Assembly (NCBI GenBank): GCA_030149205.1
Contig: JASBSB010000003.1
Location: 240,001 to 272,000 of the forward strand
Source of the DNA: Candidatus Heimdallarchaeota archaeon
GTDB taxonomy: Archaea; Asgardarchaeota; Heimdallarchaeia; Heimdallarchaeales; Kariarchaeaceae
Length of the DNA: 32,000 nt
Direction: 5' to 3'
How positions within the stretch are numbered: position 1 is the stretch's first letter; every line of letters starts with the position of its first letter. The notes beneath the pieces are model-generated. The model saw only the letters and a program-made list of their open reading frames with translations, had not been told where the DNA came from and did no database searches. A program made the translations under genes and the position numbers. Below are positions 1 through 8,453 of this stretch, piece after piece.

Positions 1-433
1 TATCATCGGAAGAAGTAAATTCCCTGCTGAGTTCAGATAGAGGATGTCCCTTTACTTTTATCATAAAACCCTTATACCATCCAAATGGAGCTCGAATTAC
101 ATTTTTATATTTATTAGTTTTGTTTAGCCCATCCTCAACCTCCCTTAGTACTTTAAGCGCATAATCAGGTCTACCTGGAGATGAAGTGAGATGAACCCAA
201 GGGTAGCATACCACATTTTGAACCTTCAGTTCGTTTGCGACCTTATTCACTTCCTCTATTGTTCGCTTCACAGTGGCTTCTGGGTTTTCTTCATCTGACT
301 TTTCAACCGCCATCATGACAACAAGTGCGTTATCAATCTTAACTGGCTTTTTGTCAACCTCTTCTGCTGAACTAATTGCTTTTTTCTTAACTTCGTATGC
401 AAATTCATCTGAATGGAGCAAGAGAATTTTCAA
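1..433 (-). CDS. thrS: Threonyl-tRNA synthetase, archaeal type, N-terminal editing (DTD-like) domain; 3' part runs off the window edge
   Basis: Not in the ORF track. Manual minus-strand translation from TTG at 433, preceded by a GGTGAT RBS, gives LKILLLHSDEFAYEVKKKA...VEKSDEENP...YPWVHLT...RAPFGWYKGFMIKVKGHPLSELSREF. This matches the archaeal ThrRS editing-domain motifs (LLIHSD, YPxxHL, APFGxYK, KGHPLxELSR). Open to position 1. Confidence 0.93.
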   Translation of the reverse strand, partial: MKILLLHSDEFAYEVKKKAISSAEEVDKKPVKIDNALVVMMAVEKSDEENPEATVKRTIEEVNKVANELKVQNVVCYPWVHLTSSPGRPDYALKVLREVEDGLNKTNKYKNVIRAPFGWYKGFMIKVKGHPLSELSREFTSSDD

Positions 434-538
434 TATATCACCAAATTATAATTTGTATTGAGTAGTCCTACATTAAACCTTTTTGAAACATTAGTAAGAA
501 TATAATCTATTTAGTTAGGGATACAATTCTGCGTTGTT

Positions 539-1549
539 TTATTTTTTCTTTATTTGGTTTGTAAACAGGAGACACTTAACAAAATGTCCCGGGACAAGTT
601 CAATGGTATCAGGAATTATTTCTGAACATTCTGGCATAGCTTCAGAACATCTTGGATGGAATCTACAACCCGTGGGGGGATTAATTAAATTCGGAATTGT
701 TCCTGGAATTGAATATAACTCATCATCCCTTCTAGCGTTTGCATCAGGTATTGATTTCAGTAAAGCTTTAGTATATGGATGTTTAGGCTCTTTGAAAATT
801 GTTACAACATCTCCGATCTCAACTATATTTCCTGCATACATCACAGCAACTCGGTCACACATTTCAGCTATGACTCCTATATCATGGGTAATTAAAATGA
901 TAGAAGTCTGAAACCTATTTTTTAGGTCTCTCATTAGGTCTAATACTTGGGCTTGAATTGTAACATCAAGTGCTGTAGTTGGTTCATCTGCTATTAATAA
1001 GTCAGGATTACATGATAAGGCTAGAGCAATCATGACTCTCTGCCTCATTCCTCCTGAAAACTGCCAAGGATAATCTTTCAATCTTTTTCCTGCGTCAGGG
1101 ATCCCAACTAAATCAAGTAAAGTTCGGGTTTTTTCAGTTGCTTCATCTTTGGTTACCTGTTGATGAAGCATTATAGCCTCATTAATCTGATCCTCTATCG
1201 TCAAAACAGGGTTGAGTGAAGTTAGAGGATCTTGAAATACAACTGCAATTTGATTCCCTCGGATTGATCTCATACCAGATTCTGGAACCTCTAAAATTGA
1301 TTTCCCTTTCCAGAGAACATCACCACTAATGATTTTTCCTGGAGGTTGTGGAATTAGTCGAAGAATGGACATTGCTGTTACAGATTTTCCAGAGCCTGAC
1401 TCTCCAACTAATCCAAGAACTTCACCTCTTTGAACATCGAATGTAACTCCATCCACAGCTTTTACCACACCATCTTCAGTAAAAAAATAGGTATGAAGGT
1501 CATCAACTTTTAAAATAATATTTTCATCAAAGGTCTCTTCTTTTGACAT
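539..1549 (-). CDS. oppD: Oligopeptide/dipeptide ABC transporter ATP-binding subunit (OppD/DppD family)
   Basis: Walker A GESGSGKS, signature FSGGMRQR, Walker B LLIADEPTTALD, H-loop ITHD, C-terminal HPYT...GCRFHPRC oligopeptide-ABC tail. Confidence 0.93.
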   Translation of the reverse strand: MSKEETFDENIILKVDDLHTYFFTEDGVVKAVDGVTFDVQRGEVLGLVGESGSGKSVTAMSILRLIPQPPGKIISGDVLWKGKSILEVPESGMRSIRGNQIAVVFQDPLTSLNPVLTIEDQINEAIMLHQQVTKDEATEKTRTLLDLVGIPDAGKRLKDYPWQFSGGMRQRVMIALALSCNPDLLIADEPTTALDVTIQAQVLDLMRDLKNRFQTSIILITHDIGVIAEMCDRVAVMYAGNIVEIGDVVTIFKEPKHPYTKALLKSIPDANARRDDELYSIPGTIPNLINPPTGCRFHPRCSEAMPECSEIIPDTIELVPGHFVKCLLFTNQIKKK

Positions 1550-1674
1550 AAAGTTAGTACTCCGTTACATGCTTAATCCTTTGGACTGTTTTAAATGTGC
1601 TTAGTTTGACACATATTTAATGTGGCATTCTTTAATTCTAAATATTTGCATTTAGGAAGTATGAGCTAAGAATT

Positions 1675-2331
1675 TCAGCTTGATAGCTTTTTTTCAGAGA
1701 CCCCAATTTTTGGACAGAAGTTTGTCAAAACACAATTTTGACAATCAGGATTTCTTGCTTGACAAATCGCCCGTCCATGAGAAATGATTAAATGAGTGAT
1801 TTCAACCCAATGGTCTTTAGGTACAATTTTCAAAAGCTGTTCCTCAATCTTTAGAGCATTTTTGCCAGTTACCATGCCTAACCTATTGAACACACGTATC
1901 ATATGAGTGTCTACTGTTATACCAGAATCCTTTATCCCAAACCCGTTTCCAAGTACAACATTTGCAGTCTTACGTCCCACACCTGGAAGTTGAATTAATT
2001 CACTCATTGAATTTGGGATCTTCCCATTAAATTCACGAACCACGATATTTGCCATATTTTTAAGGTTAGTCGCCTTGGTGTTATACAAACCAATTGATTT
2101 TATCACTTTCTTTAATTGACCCAAGTCTGCTTCGGCAAGGGAATTGATATTAGGATATTTATTGAACAAAACCTTAGTTACTTTGTTTACTGCATTATCA
2201 GTAGTTTGTGCAGAAAGCATTGTTCCAACCAATAACTCATATACATTTGTAAAATCTAAAGAAATCTTAGCCTCAGGGTATTCTTCCTCCAACAATCTAA
2301 TAATCATTTCTATGGGTTTAGGTTTGGTCAA
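1675..2331 (-). CDS. nth: Endonuclease III (HhH-GPD DNA glycosylase/AP lyase)
   Basis: LSAQTTD, HhH LPGVGRKTAN (catalytic Lys), VDTH (catalytic Asp), [4Fe-4S] motif CQARNPDCQNCVLTNFC (C-x6-C-x2-C-x5-C). TTG start 2 nt after the upstream gene's stop. Confidence 0.96.
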   Translation of the reverse strand: MTKPKPIEMIIRLLEEEYPEAKISLDFTNVYELLVGTMLSAQTTDNAVNKVTKVLFNKYPNINSLAEADLGQLKKVIKSIGLYNTKATNLKNMANIVVREFNGKIPNSMSELIQLPGVGRKTANVVLGNGFGIKDSGITVDTHMIRVFNRLGMVTGKNALKIEEQLLKIVPKDHWVEITHLIISHGRAICQARNPDCQNCVLTNFCPKIGVSEKKLSS

Positions 2332-2333
2332 AT

Positions 2334-4112
2334 TTAAATCGACCTCGGAGTTAGAAGTTTTTGGACCGCTAGCTCTTTTCTTTTAATTTCGTTAGTTAGT
2401 TTGTCAATGTTTGAGGAGTACACACGTTGTTTACTTTTAAGAGCCCTTAATTCGTTGTTCAATGATTGCCATCGTTTGTCGAATTTCTGTTTCTCAATTC
2501 TTTTTTGTTTTATATCGTTCTCAATTTGAAAATGTTTTGATCCATCATCTTTTACTAATCTCTTAGTTTGTAATTTAATGGCAAGAACAATTGTCTTTCT
2601 ATCAGAGTTTAAAGAAGAGAGTTTCTGTTCATATGAAAGGATAGTATCTGAAATTTGCTTCATCTTTCTTCTCTCTTCCTTTAATTTTGCATCTATCCTT
2701 CTAATTTTGGCCTTAACCTCCGTTACCTGTTGAATGTCAGAATTAAGGCGGTTAAAATATCTTATTAAGAAATTGGAGGATGAGGACTTTTTACGGGTTC
2801 CAATATTTCGATTATTCAGAAAAGCTAAACGTTCTTTCAAGTCACCAACATAAATTATAGATGTCCCGTTTATTTCTGTAAATGATTCTGGAACACTGGT
2901 AACAATTAGTGATTCAATCCTTTTACACTGGTGTTTCTCTCGAATAAAATTTTCTTTTATAGGGATCTTCTCTATTGCCTGTTGGTAATATTTCTTACGA
3001 ACAGGAATATTTTTCCCAAATATCCATCCCCTCCAGTAGCTAAAATCCTTTACCTCGCAATGGATCCAAGTGTCTTGATCTTTGAGAGATTGTGCAATGA
3101 TGTCAATTTCAGTAACAGTCTCCCCTTCTGTGTCAAAAACTTCTTTGTTAGTCTCGATAACTTTCCAAAATCCAGTTGATTCTATCACTTCCTTAACAGC
3201 TTTTTCTGCACGCGCTGATTTTTCATCCAACTTTTCCTTTTGGAATCCTTTGAGAAACATAACAAACATGGTTAAAGCTCCTAATCCAATTTCAAGTTCA
3301 GCCTTTCCACCATCCTCACCTAATTTAATGTGTGGGACAAAATGTGGACGTGAATCTGTCGATTTGGAGACATCCAACTGATTGAGGGCTTTGAACACCT
3401 TAGACTTTGTTGGAAGTCTAATTTTCAGTGACCCATTTCTCCGATGCTTTTTATCATTTAGAAGAATATTCCCGTGAAATTCAATAATTAGTCTGACAGA
3501 GAATTGAGATAACTTATTCAAAGAACGATAAAAAGTTAATGGAGTTCGTAATAACATTAGAATACTATTTTCCCAATACAATTTTCTAAGAGACAATGAT
3601 TGATAGAGTGGATCCAGATGCCGTTGTTGTTTATTTAACCTCGAATGCATAGAATTCTTTTTTGCTACCTCTAACCTGTTTCCAGTAATATCAACATTGA
3701 AGGAATTAACAGTTTCAAAATGGTGGATACCAATTTCTGTCTCTTCAATTGAGTTAGATTCTTCATTAAACTTTAACAAACCATATCTTATTGATTCTCT
3801 CACAGCGTGGATCACCATTAACTCAGAACCAATGATACCAATTCGAGAAGATACTTCTTCGATTGACATTAGAGATTTTTCAGGTGTCCAAGACCAACGA
3901 TAAATTGTGTGGATTGCAACATCAAATCCTGTTAGATGAGTGATTTCACTTAAATTAGGATCATTTGTGTAATTTTCTCTTTCTCGTAGAAGTTGAAGTA
4001 TCAGTTTGTCTTTTGGCTGTGATTTAGCTAGCTTGTACATTTGAGATTTTAATTCCTTCCATCTGCTTTCTAGCACTGTTGGGAAAGGAATCACATTTGT
4101 GGCTTCTATCAT
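2334..4112 (-). CDS. Hypothetical protein with central PD-(D/E)xK nuclease-like domain and C-terminal coiled coil
   Basis: 592 aa ORF. ARAEKAV helix, then EIDIIA...IHCEVK (3110-3048), the restriction-endonuclease-fold pattern. The last ~140 aa are Lys/Glu/Gln-rich heptad-like sequence. Confidence 0.6.
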   Translation of the reverse strand: MIEATNVIPFPTVLESRWKELKSQMYKLAKSQPKDKLILQLLRERENYTNDPNLSEITHLTGFDVAIHTIYRWSWTPEKSLMSIEEVSSRIGIIGSELMVIHAVRESIRYGLLKFNEESNSIEETEIGIHHFETVNSFNVDITGNRLEVAKKNSMHSRLNKQQRHLDPLYQSLSLRKLYWENSILMLLRTPLTFYRSLNKLSQFSVRLIIEFHGNILLNDKKHRRNGSLKIRLPTKSKVFKALNQLDVSKSTDSRPHFVPHIKLGEDGGKAELEIGLGALTMFVMFLKGFQKEKLDEKSARAEKAVKEVIESTGFWKVIETNKEVFDTEGETVTEIDIIAQSLKDQDTWIHCEVKDFSYWRGWIFGKNIPVRKKYYQQAIEKIPIKENFIREKHQCKRIESLIVTSVPESFTEINGTSIIYVGDLKERLAFLNNRNIGTRKKSSSSNFLIRYFNRLNSDIQQVTEVKAKIRRIDAKLKEERRKMKQISDTILSYEQKLSSLNSDRKTIVLAIKLQTKRLVKDDGSKHFQIENDIKQKRIEKQKFDKRWQSLNNELRALKSKQRVYSSNIDKLTNEIKRKELAVQKLLTPRSI

Positions 4113-4422
4113 ACAATCTCATCCTATGTTTATGCTAGAGCCATTATGACAGACTTACAAAAATTCTGAGACTCAAAATTGGATTTATTATTCTCATCTG
4201 TAGCCTGAAAATTTGAATTAATGGGCACAATGTGGAAATCTGAAGTTGTCACAGTCTGAGAGTAGATTTCAAGAAAATCCACAGACCTAAATGGTTTATC
4301 GATTGTAGAATTAATCTCAAAATTATAATTTATTACGAGTTTTGTTATATTAAACATAATTTAATTAGCTTAAAATCCTTAATAGATGTTTCTTTATTAA
4401 TCGTGTGTGTTGTAAGTAAAAA

Positions 4423-4932
4423 TTAATCTGCCAGTATAACGATAGATTCCCCAGTTGGATATGGAGCAGTAACTTTCTTATGTTTTCTCCCCTTGGATTC
4501 AAAGAATATTTCTGCAAAGCGTTGTACCTTTTTTAATAGGGCTTTTGAAGCTTCAAGATCAACATGTTGTCTTGCATTAGAGGCGTCTCTCATAATCTCC
4601 CAAACTAGATCATTTAACTCTGGAAATTGTTCTAAATGTTTAGGTTTAAAATAATCACCCCAAATTACTCGAACTTCATGTTTTAAAGATTCTCCATGTT
4701 TTTCTTTGACGTCAACATATCTAGTATAGGTTTGAAGATACTCAGCACTGTTCTTATCCAAATTTTGCATCAGCATAACCATTCTAATTATTGTGTGAGC
4801 ATCCACCTGAGCTTGGTGTGGATCATAGATTCCACAGGGGACATCACAATGGGCGTAAACTCTCCCAGAGGAAAATCTCTTAAGAAGCTTTTTTAATGGT
4901 TTATTAGTCATGTTCATAATATTCAACTCCAT
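4423..4932 (-). CDS. sodN: Nickel-containing superoxide dismutase precursor
   Basis: Ni-hook HCDVPCGIYDP (His1 codon 4851-4849) after a basic leader ending in ..RVYA. Downstream helices carry KEKHGE and VIWGDYFK. Alternative starts at 4917 and 4911. Confidence 0.95.
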   Translation of the reverse strand: MELNIMNMTNKPLKKLLKRFSSGRVYAHCDVPCGIYDPHQAQVDAHTIIRMVMLMQNLDKNSAEYLQTYTRYVDVKEKHGESLKHEVRVIWGDYFKPKHLEQFPELNDLVWEIMRDASNARQHVDLEASKALLKKVQRFAEIFFESKGRKHKKVTAPYPTGESIVILAD

Positions 4933-5032
4933 TGAGTAACTACAAATTCATTTACTGCATTAAAGTTTAATGAAATAGGAATAAATATTGAGAAAAAATA
5001 CTTAGATTCAGTTACTAAATAGTGAATTCAAG

Positions 5033-5338
5033 CTAAATTTTCCGCCACATCCTCCCAACAACCTTACTCGATTTAATAAATCCAAATTTTCTACTGTCTG
5101 TGCTTTTTGTGGGATTATCTCCTAATACATAATACTCATTATTTTCTATTTTTGAAACACGCTTGATGTATAAGTCATTGTTTTGATGTTTAAATACTAT
5201 CACATCTCCAGTTTGTATTTCCTTAGGTTTTCGCAAAAGTATAAGGTCACCCTCCTTTAATGTGGGCTCCATACTCGAGCCAGACACGGTATAAACTTTA
5301 ATCCAAATCAGCGTGTAGAGGATCCTTAATATTCCCAT
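5033..5338 (-). CDS. sodX: NiSOD maturation protease (S26 signal-peptidase family)
   Basis: VSGSSMEPTL (Ser nucleophile), IKRV (Lys base), VLGDN...STDSRKFG. Short (101 aa) and directly upstream of sodN on the same strand. Confidence 0.88.
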   Translation of the reverse strand: MGILRILYTLIWIKVYTVSGSSMEPTLKEGDLILLRKPKEIQTGDVIVFKHQNNDLYIKRVSKIENNEYYVLGDNPTKSTDSRKFGFIKSSKVVGRMWRKI

Positions 5339-5410
5339 AAATAGAATATTCTATCAAACTATTTAGATTTTTCACTTTTAATTAGGAGTCTCTTTTTTTA
5401 ATAAGCTTAA

Positions 5411-5800
5411 ATGATACTCTATCTTGTGGCGCTCTCAAGTATCAACACGAAAACTACACAATTAAAATTCTCATATTTCGATTTCGTTCTGTTTTCAGTA
5501 GGTATTCCTGATGTTCCGGTTACAATCGAAGAAGGGTTTTTTACATTCAAATACCTGATTGCAAATTTGAAAACTGTAATTCCTAATTTCAATCTAACAA
5601 AAGAAAATTACATCAAGTTTCTCTACAAGCTTGAAAAGAGAGGTTTGATTCAGTTCCAAAAGATTACAGAAAATAAACCCACGTTATTTCTTATGCTCAC
5701 AGAAATTGGAAAGTCCACGTATGAATTCACTATAAAATCAAACGCGGATCCAAAATTTTTCAATTTAGAAAAAGAACTCTCAGATGTATATTGGTCCTAG
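5411..5800 (+). CDS. Hypothetical protein, possible winged-helix DNA-binding protein
   Basis: 129 aa. YIKFLYKLEKRGLIQF...LMLTEIGKSTYE resembles a wHTH recognition helix, wing and LTxxG motif. Divergent from sodX. Confidence 0.5.
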   Translation: MILYLVALSSINTKTTQLKFSYFDFVLFSVGIPDVPVTIEEGFFTFKYLIANLKTVIPNFNLTKENYIKFLYKLEKRGLIQFQKITENKPTLFLMLTEIGKSTYEFTIKSNADPKFFNLEKELSDVYWS

Positions 5801-6562
5801 TTAATTTTGTAAGATTTGCTCTATTAATGCAATTATCTTTTCAATCTTAGATATATTGTCACGTGCGTCAGCTTTCCTTTTTTCGTAAACTTCATCGATA
5901 ATCTCCCCGGTTTGTGATTTAATGTATAACAACTCTATCTGTCTTCTTGATTCTTCCAATTGATCATGAAGTTCTTTCTGCCAAGACCTAAGATATCCAT
6001 CAACAGTGCTTTTTTGATCTTCAAGTAATTTTATATTATCTAAATATTGTTTTTTTGCTTCTGTAAGAGTTTGCTTTGATACTGATTTATCATTCTTCAT
6101 TTGACTCAGTTTATGATATCTTTCACGTGCTGAATCTAGCTCATCAACAAGAACTTCAACAGGAAGGACATCAGGGAGATTTCCAAATTTTGATTCTCTC
6201 TCATTTAATTGCCTTACCTCTTCTTTTAATTTTTTAATTTTAGGTGCTATATATTCACGACTTACAATTCCAGACTTTAATTGTTCAAGCAATGAATCTA
6301 TCTCCTCAATGAGTTCAGACTTTTGTTTTACAATTTCTTTTCTTTCGCTTCTTGAGGTCAGAATTTTCATGTACAAGTCCTTATCAAACTCAACCTGTTT
6401 CTTGGGAAGAGCTGATTCGAATTCAGAGTCATCTTCCAAGGAAACCTTTTCTGTATCAACATTGACTCGAGCTGCAGGAGTGGTGTATTCTAATTTAGAA
6501 CCACAAAACCTACAATACTTCCAGTTTGAGGCAATTTCTTGTTCACAGGATGGGCATTTCAT
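5801..6562 (-). CDS. Zinc-ribbon + coiled-coil protein (C-terminus CdvA-like)
   Basis: N-terminal CPSC...CRFC ribbon, acidic linker, then long amphipathic helices with LKSGIVSREY, KSVSKQT and SQTGEIIDEVY turn motifs. Confidence 0.65.
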   Translation of the reverse strand: MKCPSCEQEIASNWKYCRFCGSKLEYTTPAARVNVDTEKVSLEDDSEFESALPKKQVEFDKDLYMKILTSRSERKEIVKQKSELIEEIDSLLEQLKSGIVSREYIAPKIKKLKEEVRQLNERESKFGNLPDVLPVEVLVDELDSARERYHKLSQMKNDKSVSKQTLTEAKKQYLDNIKLLEDQKSTVDGYLRSWQKELHDQLEESRRQIELLYIKSQTGEIIDEVYEKRKADARDNISKIEKIIALIEQILQN

Positions 6563-6640
6563 CTATATTTAAGTTTGACTGAACAATATAATAAAGGTTA
6601 CAGAACTTCAAGTTAGATATGCTTTTTATTAAGGACTAGT

Positions 6641-7606
6641 TCATTCCCCAATTAACTTTTCATCCTCAAGGTATCTTCCAGCATCTATAGCAGCCTTGCA
6701 ACCTTCCCCTGCAGCGGTTATAGCTTGTCGATAACGAATGTCAACAACATCCCCTGCAGCAAACACTCCTGGAACATTAGTCATTGTATGATCAAAATGT
6801 TTAATATATCCAACTTTGTCCATTTCTATCTGATCTTGGAAGATTTTTGTATTTGGGGTATGACCTATGGCAATAAACAACCCTGCAACTGATAGGTTTC
6901 TAGTACTATGTGTATTTACATTTTCAAGGACAACAGCATTAACTTTTTCGATAAAACCCTCTTTAAGACTTAAAACATCTTTTACAACGCTATCCCAGAT
7001 TACTTCGATTTTAGAATGTTCAAGAACTCTGTCCTGCATGATCTTAGATGCACGAAACTCATTTCTTCTATGGATGACATAAACCTTGGATGCATATTTA
7101 GTCAGAAACAAAGCCTCTTCCATTGCTGTGTCACCTCCACCAACAATAGCAACCTCCATACCCTTGTAGAAAGCACCATCACAAGTTGCACAGGAGGATA
7201 CTCCAGAACCAATCAACTTTTGTTCAGATTCTAAACCTAACCACTTCGCACTGGCACCGGTTGTAATTACAACAGAGTTTGTTTTGTACTCTTCATCATA
7301 GGTCTTTACCGTAAATGGTCTATGTTTGAAATCAACCTCTACCACATCTGTGTTAATTATTTCAGCACCGAATCTTTCAGCTTGTCTTCGCATTGATTCC
7401 ATTAAATCTGGACCTTGAATTCCCTCTTGAAACCCAGGAAAATTTTCAACTTCGGTTGTTAGCATAAGTTGGCCACCTGCCTGATAACCTGCAAGGACAA
7501 GGGGTTTTAATTCTGCTCTCCCTAAATAAATCCCTGCGGTATATCCAGAGGGGCCTCCACCAATTACAATTACATTTCGAACTTTTGAGTTCTCTTGTTC
7601 TGACAT
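6641..7606 (-). CDS. trxB: Thioredoxin-disulfide reductase
   Basis: GGGPSG FAD site, redox CATC, GGGDTA NADPH site, HRR, GVFAAGD. Confidence 0.97.
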   Translation of the reverse strand: MSEQENSKVRNVIVIGGGPSGYTAGIYLGRAELKPLVLAGYQAGGQLMLTTEVENFPGFQEGIQGPDLMESMRRQAERFGAEIINTDVVEVDFKHRPFTVKTYDEEYKTNSVVITTGASAKWLGLESEQKLIGSGVSSCATCDGAFYKGMEVAIVGGGDTAMEEALFLTKYASKVYVIHRRNEFRASKIMQDRVLEHSKIEVIWDSVVKDVLSLKEGFIEKVNAVVLENVNTHSTRNLSVAGLFIAIGHTPNTKIFQDQIEMDKVGYIKHFDHTMTNVPGVFAAGDVVDIRYRQAITAAGEGCKAAIDAGRYLEDEKLIGE

Positions 7607-7667
7607 ACATTAAATCTATGTTCAATCTTTAAAATAATTTAGGTTAGATTTATGATACTAGGCACAA

Positions 7668-8453
7668 TTAATTTTCATCTGGGAACTTGACTTTTGATAC
7701 CTTTGGCTTACTGTATGACTCTTTTATCGGAGTGACCACTGGTTTGACCAATTCATCATTTAAGGATGAAGCCTCTTTAAATTCTTTTTCTGCTTCTTCC
7801 ATATCTTCCTCAGTTGTAAACTTCCAACCTTTGAGTTCCATTGAAAAATATACATCATCCTTCCCTGGGCAACTCACACGAATTGTCAATTGGTTTTCAT
7901 TATGATCAATTATCTCTGGATGTAGACATTCTTCTTTCAATTTTTCAAATAGAAATTCCACATAAGCCCTGGAAATAATTTCTGTGTTACTGCTTAAAAT
8001 CTGTTTCCCAATAGATCCAAGTTCGTAATGAACCTTTCTACCTACTTTGGTTGCCTGAACTAGTCCAGTTTTTTCGAGTCGAGAAATGTGATGCCTTATA
8101 GTATCATGATGGAATTCAAGATCTTCTGATATTTGTGTTTGATAACATCCCGGATTGTTTATGACGTATTCAAAGATTTTTTGTGTTAGGTCATTTCGTA
8201 ATACAACAAATGCTTTTTCAATTTCTGAATTTCTTAACGCAGTTGAAAAAAAAACACGTTTTCCAGCAAATCTCATAGTTTTAACTAATCCCGCATCAGC
8301 TAATTTCTTTAAATGCCATGAAACTGTTCCGTGAGGAAGCTCTAACTCAGATGCAATCTCAAAAAAATATGAACCTGGTGATTCTGAGATAATCTGATAA
8401 ATTTTCCTTCTCAGAGGATGCATCAACAATACAGCACGCTTTTCTTTTCCCAT
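7668..8453 (-). CDS. Tandem winged-helix (ArsR-like) transcriptional regulator with extra C-terminal domain
   Basis: Two repeats: RRKIYQIISESPG..EIASEL..GTVSWHLKKLADAGLV and QKIFEYVINNPG..QISEDL..TIRHHISRLEKTGLV. Confidence 0.8.
   Translation of the reverse strand: MGKEKRAVLLMHPLRRKIYQIISESPGSYFFEIASELELPHGTVSWHLKKLADAGLVKTMRFAGKRVFFSTALRNSEIEKAFVVLRNDLTQKIFEYVINNPGCYQTQISEDLEFHHDTIRHHISRLEKTGLVQATKVGRKVHYELGSIGKQILSSNTEIISRAYVEFLFEKLKEECLHPEIIDHNENQLTIRVSCPGKDDVYFSMELKGWKFTTEEDMEEAEKEFKEASSLNDELVKPVVTPIKESYSKPKVSKVKFPDEN

Noticed and set aside
4130-4357. 75-aa minus-strand ORF between sodN and the nuclease gene
   Set aside because: No recognisable motif or RBS, and its composition looks like translated AT-rich intergenic DNA. 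It cannot be excluded as a small protein, but I cannot support it.
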